Positions 1 through 8,951 of a DNA stretch of 64,000 nucleotides are shown one piece after another; the first letter of the stretch is position 1; the number at the start of each line of letters is the position of its first letter. This DNA comes from Polyangiales bacterium (GTDB lineage Bacteria; Myxococcota_A; Polyangia; Polyangiales; Houyiibacteriaceae), in contig JBGCFM010000001.1 in assembly GCA_045106895.1 (NCBI GenBank), forward strand, positions 43,264 through 107,263, given 5' to 3'. The notes under the pieces were generated by a model. That model was given only the letters and a program-made list of their open reading frames with translations. It had not been told where the DNA came from and did not search any database. The translations under genes and the position numbers were made by a program.

Positions 1-2450
1 ACCTCGATGAGCGTGTGCCGGGGCGAGGCGCCATTGTCGATGGTAACGCCGGTAGGAATCTCTGGGCTATGTTTGAGTGACCACGCGGGCGCCTTGGGGA
101 TCTGCTCCAGGAGTTCGTCGGAGCTTTTATTTCCGTGCACGAGCTCAACAAGCGCCGTCTCGAGCTTCGCGCGAAGACGCTGATCCAGGCGCGAGCGCTC
201 GCCATCTGCGACGGGACGGCCTTCGCGGGCGCGACGGACCCAGAGAACATCGAGGGCGTTGTCGCCTAACGTGTAGACCTGAGCGCCGACGACGCCGACA
301 TGATGCGCGGCCAACACGGCGCACACGTCGGCGAGCAACCCCGGACGGTCGTCGGCCCAAAGGACGAGTTCGCTCACGCCGTCACTCGGCCCCGGACCAA
401 GTCCCAGTGCAAAGCCGCCAGCATCGCGGACGAAACGCGCGTGACGCCGAATCGCGTCGGCGTCGTTGGCGAGGACGTAACGGTCCGGAAGCCGTCGCAC
501 GAAGGCACGAAGCACAGCTTCCCCCTCATCGCCGACAAACCCCACCTCGACGTCGGCGCGCAAAGACGCTGCACGCCCCGAGATGCTCCCGCCTTCCAAC
601 GTGAGGGCGAGCGCGAAGTAGAGGTCATCGAGGACGCGCGCTTTCCAGGATGTCATCGCCGATGGATTTGTCGTCGAGAGAATGGCTACGGTGAGCAGGT
701 AGAGGTCCCTTAGCCGCTCCACGCTCTCCACGTTCTCCGCCAACTCCTGGACAACCGCCGGGTCGCTCGTGTCGCGTCGCGTCGCCCAGCGGTAGAAGGT
801 GTGTCGCTCCTTGAGGAGCCATTGAATGTGCGACGCGTCCGCCCTCCCGAACCCCAGCCGCTCTACCACCGGTGCGCTGAGCGCCGCCGTGGCGTCCACG
901 GGGCCGTGGCCTTCGACCTTCCCGAGCGCGTGGAGAAACGCTGCCACGAGGAGCGGCGCCTTTCGGGATGCCTCCGCAGCGGCTCGAGATGCAAGGCCAA
1001 GGTGGGGGAAACGTTTGCCCCGGGCCAGCCCGCGGAGCCGGTCCAAGGCTCGAACCGCGTGCACATCGAATGTGTACACATGATAGACATCGTGGATCAC
1101 CCTGCCGACGAGAGGCTCGAGTTCCGGGATCATCGCCGTCGTGAGCCGAACATCGTGAAGCTCTGCTGCAAGCGAAGTGCGCTGCACACCAGAACGGCCG
1201 GTCGCCGTAAGCAGTCGTACAAAGAGCGGACCAGCTTCGGGATCGGCACGCAAACGTGCGGACCACTCCGGGTCCGCCGCGGCCCGAGCAATCGCGTCTC
1301 GGGAGAACCCATAAGGAGGCTTCTTCGCTCGAAGCACCTGCTCGTAGAGTTTGAGCGCCAGGACCGGGGTATCTTGAAGCGCACGGGTTTGTTCGAAGGT
1401 TATCTGCCCGGCAAACTCCGCGATACCTCCACCCAAAGTTCGCAGCGGGGCGCGTGTTCTTCGCGGCGGAGTGAGCGCCCGCTCCAGAAGGCGCTCCGAG
1501 GTCTGAGCGACAATCCCCGCGTGCCGGTAATACGTCTGCATGAACTGTTCGACGGCCAGTGTAATGCCATCGCTGAACCCCAAATCGTACGCCAGCTCTT
1601 CTTGGTCGCTGAACGTAAGGCGGTCCTGCTGACGCCCCGCCCGCGCGTGAAGCCGGGAGCGGACCTGCCAGAGAAACTCGCGGGCGGACACGAGGGGACT
1701 GAGTTCGTGCCCTGGAAGAACGCCACGCCGCGCAAAGTCGCCAATACCCTGCGTGTTCCATCGCGCGTTCGCGGCCCACATCGCTACGTCCAGGTCCCGC
1801 AGTCCGCCCCGCCCGAGCTTCACGTCCGGCTCGAGGAGATGCAGAGAGTCCCCGAAACGTTTGTGGCGGGCACGAGTGTCGCTCTGCAGTGCGGCGAGAA
1901 ACGTCGAGAGCCTTGGACCAAACACGTGGCGCCTGGCTCCGCTTGCCAGCTCGCTCATCAGCGCCCGCTCGCCGGCGATCATTCGAAGATCGATGAGGGT
2001 GGTCGTCGTTCGCACGTCCTCGGCGGCGAGGGCGAGCGTCTCTTCGATGCCGCGGACGACGTGACCGATCTCAACGCCGAGATCCCAGAGCGGGTAGAGC
2101 AGCCCCTCCGCGACTTGTTGAACGTAGCGCGAGCTGGGATCGTCGCACAGAAAGAGAATATCGATGTCCGAGCGCAGGCCGAGGAGACCTCGTCCGTATC
2201 CGCCAACGGCGACCAGGGCGAGGCGAGAGCGCGACGCGTCAAGCTGCCGCGCGCGTGCGTCCGTCGCGCAAAAGAGCGCGCCCAAGAGGCCGTCGAGGAC
2301 ACGTGAAAACGCCTGACCTGCTTTCACGGCGCCCCCGCCTCCGTCAATGGCATCGCGATACTCTTGTCGGTACCGCTGCAGGTAGTCCCCGCATGTCGCG
2401 TCGAGGTCTGGAGCCAAGCGACGAAGAAGAATCGATGGCTCGCCGGTCAC
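1..2450 (-). CDS. glnD: [protein-PII] uridylyltransferase/uridylyl-removing enzyme, 3' end outside window
   Basis: Not in the ORF track because it runs off the window. Manual minus-strand translation gives AVGGYGRG..SDID (nucleotidyltransferase), EPDVKLGRGGLRD, DVYHVYTFDVH (HD region), DRPGLLADVCAVL (ACT) and VTIDNGASPRHTLIEV (start of second ACT). GTG start at 2450 is inferred. Confidence 0.95.
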   Translation of the reverse strand, partial: MTGEPSILLRRLAPDLDATCGDYLQRYRQEYRDAIDGGGGAVKAGQAFSRVLDGLLGALFCATDARARQLDASRSRLALVAVGGYGRGLLGLRSDIDILFLCDDPSSRYVQQVAEGLLYPLWDLGVEIGHVVRGIEETLALAAEDVRTTTTLIDLRMIAGERALMSELASGARRHVFGPRLSTFLAALQSDTRARHKRFGDSLHLLEPDVKLGRGGLRDLDVAMWAANARWNTQGIGDFARRGVLPGHELSPLVSAREFLWQVRSRLHARAGRQQDRLTFSDQEELAYDLGFSDGITLAVEQFMQTYYRHAGIVAQTSERLLERALTPPRRTRAPLRTLGGGIAEFAGQITFEQTRALQDTPVLALKLYEQVLRAKKPPYGFSRDAIARAAADPEWSARLRADPEAGPLFVRLLTATGRSGVQRTSLAAELHDVRLTTAMIPELEPLVGRVIHDVYHVYTFDVHAVRALDRLRGLARGKRFPHLGLASRAAAEASRKAPLLVAAFLHALGKVEGHGPVDATAALSAPVVERLGFGRADASHIQWLLKERHTFYRWATRRDTSDPAVVQELAENVESVERLRDLYLLTVAILSTTNPSAMTSWKARVLDDLYFALALTLEGGSISGRAASLRADVEVGFVGDEGEAVLRAFVRRLPDRYVLANDADAIRRHARFVRDAGGFALGLGPGPSDGVSELVLWADDRPGLLADVCAVLAAHHVGVVGAQVYTLGDNALDVLWVRRAREGRPVADGERSRLDQRLRAKLETALVELVHGNKSSDELLEQIPKAPAWSLKHSPEIPTGVTIDNGASPRHTLIE

Positions 2451-2510
2451 GGATGAGCAGTATGGCAGCGCCTCCACAGGCGGCAAGGACGCGTGGCCTT
2501 TCGAAAAGTT

Positions 2511-3974
2511 CTACTCCGTCGGCTCCTCCGGTCGACTGAGATACTCGAGAATTCCCTCAGCGATTCCATCCGAGAGGCGCTCTCGGTAGACCTCGGTCCT
2601 CAGCGCTTCCGCTTCGTCGGGCTTCGTCAGAAAAGACGCCTCTAGGAGAATCGCCGGCATTCGCGCGCCTACGAGAACATAAAACATCGCGGACTTGACG
2701 CCTCGGTCTGGAATCCGCGGGAGGATCGTACGAGCGCCCGCGAGCGTGCTCTGGTGTACGGCTGCGGCGAGGGCACGAGATTGATCCAACTGACCTCGTC
2801 GGTGGATCCCTGCCAAGATTCGCTGAAGCCCCGTGACTTCGTGCACACGTGTCCCATTCTCCCGCGCCGCGAGGCGTGCCGCCTGAATGTCGTCCCCGGT
2901 GTCCAACACAAAGGTGGTGATGCCGCCGCGGTACACTGTTTCGTTGAGAGCGTTGAGGTGAATGGACACAAAGAGATCCGCGCCAAGGGCGTTCGCTCGG
3001 GCCGCGCGGTCTTCCAGCGGCAGCTGAATATCGGCTTCACGCGTGAGGAACACTCGGGCGGATGGCGCTCGAGCACGGATGGCGACGGCTGTTCGCCGCG
3101 CAAGGTCGAGAACCAAGTTAGATTCCGTAAGCTCTTCGTATCGCGCTCCGGTCTCGACTCCGCCGTGACCTGGGTCAAGGACGATGACAGGCGCAACGTC
3201 GACATCCGCTCGCTCCGGAGGGAGCCCGATGTCCACCACAAAACGAAGCGGCTCTTCGAAGGAAACTTCGTCCGTCGTCGCGCGGGCGTTGAGGTCGAAA
3301 CGAATCTCATTGTGGGCAAAACGAATCGCTTGGATCGAATCCGCCCGCACAGGAATCTCCACGGGCACGTCATCTGCGCGCGAGAGCGAAGCGAATCGCA
3401 TGCGAAGCACGCCTGGCGACTCCATTGTCTCGTGCTCGCAGCGGCCGCGCATACCACCGGAGACGTTCAGGAGAACTCGCACCGCTCCTGCACCGCTGTC
3501 GAGGGCACGCACGCGCAGCACCTCACAACGTGACGCCTCTTGGTCGATGCGCCCCTTCAACACATCAGGAACATCACTCGGCTCCGTATCGGAGCACCCA
3601 TAAGCATACGCACGGTATTGCTGGCCGATAGCCTCACCCTCTCCTTCGAAAGCCGAGAGGCGTTCCAGGGCGTCGCAGCTGTTCGCGAGCTCGCGCCACC
3701 CCGCGGCCCGCTCAAGCAACCCCTGAACGCGATCGCCTGTCTCCGCGAGCAGACCCGCGCGCTCTGCGAAATCCGCCGCGTCTATCGAAGCCTCTACGCC
3801 ACGCTCGCTACGACTCGCAGCCTGCCCCTCAAAGTCATCAAAACGTTCGAGATCGGCTGTGTGAAGGGCCTCCAGAGGGTCTGTTTCCGGAGGCTCCTCG
3901 CAGGAAAGGAAGAATACGGACAAGAAGACGTAGCACAGGCACCAAACCCCTCTCGCTGTCCCCAAACAACCCAT
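2511..3974 (-). CDS. N-acetylmuramoyl-L-alanine amidase (Amidase_3, AmiC-like), probable lipoprotein
   Basis: VLDPGHGG, LFVSIHLNA and LLEASF zinc-amidase motifs; N-terminal hydrophobic stretch ending FLSC. Confidence 0.9.
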   Translation of the reverse strand: MGCLGTARGVWCLCYVFLSVFFLSCEEPPETDPLEALHTADLERFDDFEGQAASRSERGVEASIDAADFAERAGLLAETGDRVQGLLERAAGWRELANSCDALERLSAFEGEGEAIGQQYRAYAYGCSDTEPSDVPDVLKGRIDQEASRCEVLRVRALDSGAGAVRVLLNVSGGMRGRCEHETMESPGVLRMRFASLSRADDVPVEIPVRADSIQAIRFAHNEIRFDLNARATTDEVSFEEPLRFVVDIGLPPERADVDVAPVIVLDPGHGGVETGARYEELTESNLVLDLARRTAVAIRARAPSARVFLTREADIQLPLEDRAARANALGADLFVSIHLNALNETVYRGGITTFVLDTGDDIQAARLAARENGTRVHEVTGLQRILAGIHRRGQLDQSRALAAAVHQSTLAGARTILPRIPDRGVKSAMFYVLVGARMPAILLEASFLTKPDEAEALRTEVYRERLSDGIAEGILEYLSRPEEPTE

Positions 3975-4022
3975 AATGGCTGGTTAGCAGGAAAGCAGCC
4001 GGCCATGCTATCGTCACCTCGC

Positions 4023-5432
4023 ATGAGTAGTGCCCAACCCGAACTTTCGTCTGAGCCGGATTCCGGAAACGACAAGACCTTGATCGACGGCGCCCCACTA
4101 GGTGCCCCCGTTTCAGGCGCCGTCGCCGACGAGTCGATGGCCTTGGTCGCGAAGGCGGCTGACGGCGAGAGCGGTCACGCGCTGGTCGCTGACGTCGAAG
4201 ATAAGACGGAAGGAGCCAGTGGGCTCATCGTCGATTGGTCCGCGAAATCCGAACCACCTCCGGCAAAAGCTGCGACTCCGGCAAAGGCTGCGACTCCGGC
4301 AAAGGCTGCGACTCCGGCGAAGGCTGCGACTCCGGCGAAGCCGAAGGCGGTTCCCGCCCTCGCCTCCAAAGCCACGCCTCCCAAGACCGCCACTCCCAAA
4401 ACGGAGACTTCAAAGCCAGAGACTTCAAAGCCAGAGACCTCGAAAGCCGAGACTTCGAAAGCCGAGACTCAAGACGCAAAGGCCACCGCCGTATCGGAGC
4501 CTGCATCCGACGCCGAGGTCACAAAAAGCCAGCAAGCATCGGACTCCGCCTCCAGCGACCCGGAGACTTCAGCTTCGCCGGAGGCCAAGGGCGAGAGTAC
4601 CGGTGCGCCTGTCGACTTTGAGGCCGCCGCCGCCGCCCTTGCAGCGGGGTTCAGCCCGGAGAACGCGGAAGCCGCAGCTGCCGCGATCCGGCCCTCATGG
4701 GCGCATGTTGAGTATGTCCCGCCCCCCGAACCTGTCGTCGCCGCCACGCCGGTGCTCGACGAAGAAGCCCCTCTCCTCGTCGGTTCCTCGAGCAATCGAA
4801 AGCTGGCTATCGCGCTCGGCATCTTTCTCGTCGCGACTATCGGGATCATCTACGCCGTGGTCGGTTCCGGAACGGAGTCACCATCGACGGGCTCTGCCCC
4901 GCAGTCGCTGCCCGTAAGCGCGGAGGCTGGCGAAAACACCGAACAACCCGAGACCACTGAGGCTGCAGAGGCTACAGAGGCCCCGGTAGACGAAACGCCT
5001 GAGTCAGATGAGCAAGCCGAAGCGGAGCAAGCAGCAGCGGCCGAGGCGATGGCCGCCGCCGAAGCACAAGCCGCCGAAGCACAGGCTGCCGCTGACGCGG
5101 CTGCAGCAGAAGCTGAAGCACAGGCCGCCGCGGAGGCTGAAGCCGCCGCTGCAGCCGAAGCCGCAGAAGCACAAGCTGCCGCGGCCGCTCAAGCCGCTGC
5201 TCAACGTGCCGCGACCGCCGCACAGAACCAGCGTAGCGAAAACGCTTCACGCGCTGCGACACAAGCCGCAGAACGACGAAGAGCCCAACGCGCTGCGCGC
5301 CAGGCAGCCGCCGCACAAGCGCGTCGCCAAGCCGCCGCCCGCGCTGCTGCACGCATGAGCACTCGGATGACCACGCGCATGACCAGCCGCATGAGCAGCG
5401 GCGGTGGCTTCACCACCGACAACCCGTACTGA
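4023..5432 (+). CDS. Low-complexity bitopic membrane protein with Ala/Glu-rich (TolA-like) stalk and Met-repeat/NPY tail
   Basis: ORF 3540..5432 trimmed to ATG 4023 because the upstream part overlaps the amidase; single TM LAIALGIFLVATIGIIYAVV; ends RMSTRMTTRMTSRMSSGGGFTTDNPY. Confidence 0.8.
   Translation: MSSAQPELSSEPDSGNDKTLIDGAPLGAPVSGAVADESMALVAKAADGESGHALVADVEDKTEGASGLIVDWSAKSEPPPAKAATPAKAATPAKAATPAKAATPAKPKAVPALASKATPPKTATPKTETSKPETSKPETSKAETSKAETQDAKATAVSEPASDAEVTKSQQASDSASSDPETSASPEAKGESTGAPVDFEAAAAALAAGFSPENAEAAAAAIRPSWAHVEYVPPPEPVVAATPVLDEEAPLLVGSSSNRKLAIALGIFLVATIGIIYAVVGSGTESPSTGSAPQSLPVSAEAGENTEQPETTEAAEATEAPVDETPESDEQAEAEQAAAAEAMAAAEAQAAEAQAAADAAAAEAEAQAAAEAEAAAAAEAAEAQAAAAAQAAAQRAATAAQNQRSENASRAATQAAERRRAQRAARQAAAAQARRQAAARAAARMSTRMTTRMTSRMSSGGGFTTDNPY
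4260..4340 (+). repeat. 18-bp coding tandem repeat, about 4.5 copies (PAKAAT)
   Basis: ccggc(a/g)aa(a/g)gctgcgact repeated in frame. Confidence 0.95.
4404..4478 (+). repeat. 15-bp coding tandem repeat, about 5 copies (ETSKP/ETSKA)
   Basis: gagacttcaaagcca-like units, last copy degenerate. Confidence 0.9.
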
Positions 5433-5491
5433 GCTCTCCTTTTTACTGGGGGCAGCGACCGAAGATGGTGAACTGGGGCTTTCTTTCGGGG

Positions 5492-5646
5492 CTAGCTGCA
5501 TCTCAGAAGTTCTGACCGGTTGAGCGCGCGATCTTCTTCCCGATTCGCCTTGAATGTACGCTGCACGTCCTTCGTTGAATTGAGCCAAACCTCGCAAACC
5601 AATCATCCGCCCTGAACCGGTCAGAACTTCTGAGATGAAGTACTAG
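5492..5646. mobile_element. MITE-like non-autonomous element with terminal inverted repeats and CTAG direct repeats
   Basis: Perfect 23-bp inverted repeat 5499-5521 / 5615-5637 (catctcagaagttctgaccggtt); CTAG at 5492-5495 and 5643-5646; no coding capacity. Confidence 0.7.
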
Positions 5647-5733
5647 CACCCGAAAAGGTGAAGAAAATCGGGCGTTCCGGACCACTTCGAGCCGCCTTCG
5701 TGCCCGGGTGGCAGGAGGCTGCTAGGTCCTCCC

Positions 5734-6738
5734 ATGGGCCTGACATACCGCGCTTCGGGAGTAGACATCGACGCTGGGGAGCGTCTCGTTGAGCGAATCA
5801 AGCCACTTGCCGCGGCGACACGTATTCCAGAAGTACTGGGTGCCGTCGGCGGATTCGCTGGGCTGTGCGCCGTGCCGGAAGGACTCACCGACCCGGTGCT
5901 CGTTTCCGGGACCGATGGCGTCGGGACGAAGCTCAAGCTCGCCTTCGCTTTCGACCACCACAGCACAGTCGGCATCGACCTTGTAGCGATGTGCGTCAAC
6001 GACATCTTGACCGTCGGCGCCCGGCCCCTCTTCTTCCTCGACTACTTCGCAACCGGCAACCTCGACGTGGACCGAGCCGAAGCAGTGGTTCGCGGCATCG
6101 CGGATGGCTGCAAACTGGCGGGCTGCGCGCTGCTCGGCGGCGAGACGGCGGAGCTCCCCGGATTCTACAAGCAGGGCGAGTATGACTTGGCGGGCTTCGC
6201 CGTCGGCGTCGTTGAACGCGCGAAGATGATCGACGGCACCCAGGTGGGCGCCGGAGATGCCATCATCGCGTTGCCATCAAGCGGCCTGCACTCCAACGGA
6301 TTCTCCCTCGCCCGCGCTGCACTAAGCACCGAACTCGAACAAGACGCAGAGCTCGCCCGCACGCTGCTCACTCCCACGCGCATCTACGCCCGCGCATCCC
6401 AAGCGGCCCTCGCGACGGGGCATATTCGAGCGATGTGTCATGTCACCGGCGGCGGACTCGTCGACAACCTCCCTCGTGTACTGCCCGATGGAACGTGCGC
6501 ACATATCGATGAGGCAAACTGGGCAAGCCCTGAGATCTTCGCGCGAATCGCGAGCGCAGGCGATATCGCGAAGTCGGAAATGCGGCGCACCTTCAACATG
6601 GGGGTCGGCTTCATCATCGTCGTCGCAGCGGATGCCCAGCGGGAAGTCCTGGACGCCCTGACAAACGCCGGCGAGGCTCCAACGGTTATCGGGACCATCC
6701 AAGCTGCGTCGGGCGACGCACGCGTCGTGTACGCATGA
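5734..6738 (+). CDS. purM: Phosphoribosylformylglycinamidine cyclo-ligase (AIR synthetase)
   Basis: YRASGVDIDAG, GTDGVGTK, GIDLVAMCVND, GGETAELPG, SSGLHSNG. Confidence 0.98.
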   Translation: MGLTYRASGVDIDAGERLVERIKPLAAATRIPEVLGAVGGFAGLCAVPEGLTDPVLVSGTDGVGTKLKLAFAFDHHSTVGIDLVAMCVNDILTVGARPLFFLDYFATGNLDVDRAEAVVRGIADGCKLAGCALLGGETAELPGFYKQGEYDLAGFAVGVVERAKMIDGTQVGAGDAIIALPSSGLHSNGFSLARAALSTELEQDAELARTLLTPTRIYARASQAALATGHIRAMCHVTGGGLVDNLPRVLPDGTCAHIDEANWASPEIFARIASAGDIAKSEMRRTFNMGVGFIIVVAADAQREVLDALTNAGEAPTVIGTIQAASGDARVVYA

Positions 6739-7376
6739 CCCTTCGCCTGACGGTATTGGCCTCGGGCCGCGGTTCGAATTTCGTCGCCCTCCATGACGCG
6801 ATCCAGAGCGGTCGATGCGACGCTCAAATCGTCTCCGTCGTCACCGACAACAAGTCTGCTCCCGTCATTCAACTGGCCGAAGCGCGGGACATCACGACGC
6901 AGATTGTTCCCTTTCGTAAAAAGGACCGCGCCGCGTGGGAGGCGGAGCTTCTTGACTTCGTGCAGGCCCAGGAAGCCGAGTGGGTTGTTTTGGCCGGATT
7001 CATGCGAGTCCTGAGCGCATCCTTCGTCGACGCTTTCTCCCAGCGGATCCTGAACGTTCACCCTTCCCTGCTTCCCGCGTTTCCCGGAATGCACGCGGTG
7101 CAGCAGGCCCTGGACGCGGGTGTACGCCTGAGCGGCTGCACCGTTCACCTGGTCGACGCGGGCGTCGACACAGGTCCCGTGTTGGCGCAGGCCGCCGTCC
7201 CCGTTTGCGAGGGTGACGACGCCGATGCTCTGCACGGCCGTATTCGCAAACGCGAACACACCCTCCTCGCTTCCACCATCGACGCACTCGCGGCGGGACG
7301 GCTGGAGCTGGACCCCGTCCGCTGGAACGCTGCGTCGTGGCCTGAGAGCATCGAAAGCCCCATGAGTCTGCCATGA
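6735..7376 (+). CDS. purN: Phosphoribosylglycinamide formyltransferase
   Basis: LASGRGSN, LAGFMRVL, LNVHPSLLPAFPG, GCTVHLVDAGVDTGP; ATGA overlap with purM. Confidence 0.98.
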   Translation: MTLRLTVLASGRGSNFVALHDAIQSGRCDAQIVSVVTDNKSAPVIQLAEARDITTQIVPFRKKDRAAWEAELLDFVQAQEAEWVVLAGFMRVLSASFVDAFSQRILNVHPSLLPAFPGMHAVQQALDAGVRLSGCTVHLVDAGVDTGPVLAQAAVPVCEGDDADALHGRIRKREHTLLASTIDALAAGRLELDPVRWNAASWPESIESPMSLP

Positions 7377-8908
7377 GAAACCGTCACTACGACGTTGTTG
7401 TCTTGGGCGCGGACTTGGCGGGCACGCTGTGCGCCGCCCTCGTCGCCAAGCGCGGCTTTCGCGTTCTCGTTCTTGGTCAAGGAGCGCTTCCGCCAACCTA
7501 CTCCATCGGTGGCTTCACTTTTCCACGTGCGCCGCACACCTTTCTCTCGGCGCACAGCAGCATTGCCCGACGCATGTTGGCGGAACTCGCCATGGGGCAG
7601 CTCTTTCGACGACGGGCCTGCCAGATGGACCCCTCGTTCCAACTCGCGTTGCCGGAACATCGCGTCGACGCGGTCAACGACCCAGTCTTGCTGGACCGCG
7701 AGCTGGCCCGTGAGTTTCCCTCCGTGCGTCGCGCCGGCGTCGACCTTCACAAGCTCGTCGAACGAGTCGGCTCAGAGCTCGAGGAGGTCCTCGGGCGCAA
7801 CTTCATTTGGCCCCCTTCCTCATTCTTGGAGCGACGAGAGTTCGCTCGCGCAACAGCGCACCGCGTGTTCGACCGCGAAGGCGGAGGATTCGATCCCTTC
7901 GCGGAGTTCCCTGAGTCACATCCAATTCGCCGACTCGTGGAAGCTCCGGCGGCCTTCGCCACGCACATGGACCCCGCGGAACTTTCGCCGCTCGCTCGCC
8001 TACGACTTTATCAATCCTGGTGGCAGGGGAGCGCAAAACTCGAAGGCGGATACAGCTGGCTTCACAACGCGCTCATCGAACGCATTCGCACCCACTCCGG
8101 TGATGTGCGTATGGATGAACGCGCCGACTCGATCATCACGAAACGAAACGTCGCGACGGGAGTCGTGCTCGCGGACACCGCCGAAGAGATCGGCGCCGGG
8201 TTTGTCATTGGCGGCGTGGATATCGCCAAGGTCGCTTCGATGCTCCCGGACCGCACGATGTTCGCCGAGCTCTTTGAACGTTTCGGAGAGCCCCGGCCTC
8301 GGCACCTCCGCTACACGCTCAACATCGTCGCCAAAGATGACGCCTTCCCCGTAGGCATGGGCCGAGACAGCTTTTCAATCTTTGATTCTGCCGGCGCGGC
8401 ACATGGGGAGAACCTCCTCCGCTTGGAAGCCTCTCCTCCGGACGGCACCGGAGTTCGCCAGCTCTGCGTGGAGGCGCTACTTCCGCGCCGTGGCGTTGAA
8501 GAAGTGGACCGTTACCTTGACGGCGTTCGCGAACGAATCCTCGGAGCAGTCACCGAGCTGGCACCTTTCTTTGGCGACCAGATCATCGCCGTTGATTCGC
8601 CCCACGATGGACGAGACCTGCAGAACTACGCGGAACGCAAGAGCATCGCGTCCGATGCGCCCTGGACTCGAGGTCCATCCACGATGCAGAGAGTCCATGG
8701 ATTCCCCGTCATGGGCAGCCTGGGTGTCAACGCCCTCCCGGTTCGTTCACCGGTCCGAAACCTCCTCCTGTGCAACCGTCAGGTGAGCCCGGGTCTGGGT
8801 GAAGAAGGCGAGTTCCTGGCGGCGGGAGCGGCCGCGGAGATCATCACGCGCTCCAATCTGAAAAAGTCGCTGATGCGGCGCGGGCTCTTCAACCGCGTCG
8901 AAGTCTAG
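7373..8908 (+). CDS. FAD-dependent oxidoreductase, phytoene dehydrogenase-like
   Basis: N-terminal Rossmann YDVVVLGADLAG...LVAKRGFRVLVL; C-terminal NLLLCN..VSPGLG. Confidence 0.7.
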   Translation: MRNRHYDVVVLGADLAGTLCAALVAKRGFRVLVLGQGALPPTYSIGGFTFPRAPHTFLSAHSSIARRMLAELAMGQLFRRRACQMDPSFQLALPEHRVDAVNDPVLLDRELAREFPSVRRAGVDLHKLVERVGSELEEVLGRNFIWPPSSFLERREFARATAHRVFDREGGGFDPFAEFPESHPIRRLVEAPAAFATHMDPAELSPLARLRLYQSWWQGSAKLEGGYSWLHNALIERIRTHSGDVRMDERADSIITKRNVATGVVLADTAEEIGAGFVIGGVDIAKVASMLPDRTMFAELFERFGEPRPRHLRYTLNIVAKDDAFPVGMGRDSFSIFDSAGAAHGENLLRLEASPPDGTGVRQLCVEALLPRRGVEEVDRYLDGVRERILGAVTELAPFFGDQIIAVDSPHDGRDLQNYAERKSIASDAPWTRGPSTMQRVHGFPVMGSLGVNALPVRSPVRNLLLCNRQVSPGLGEEGEFLAAGAAAEIITRSNLKKSLMRRGLFNRVEV

Positions 8909-8951
8909 ACAAAGCTCAGCGCTTCCGGCGGCCTCTGGTACACTCACCGCC

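Noticed and set aside
1..140. Possible ncRNA or terminator-like stretch at the window start
   Set aside because: Reads cleanly as GlnD coding sequence on the minus strand
801..2306. 501-aa plus-strand ORF (also 625..1779 and 77..604)
   Set aside because: Antisense or off-frame shadows of glnD, which the ORF track missed because it leaves the window
4260..4478. Short direct repeats as a CRISPR array
   Set aside because: No spacers, unit lengths are multiples of 3 and in frame, and there are no cas genes
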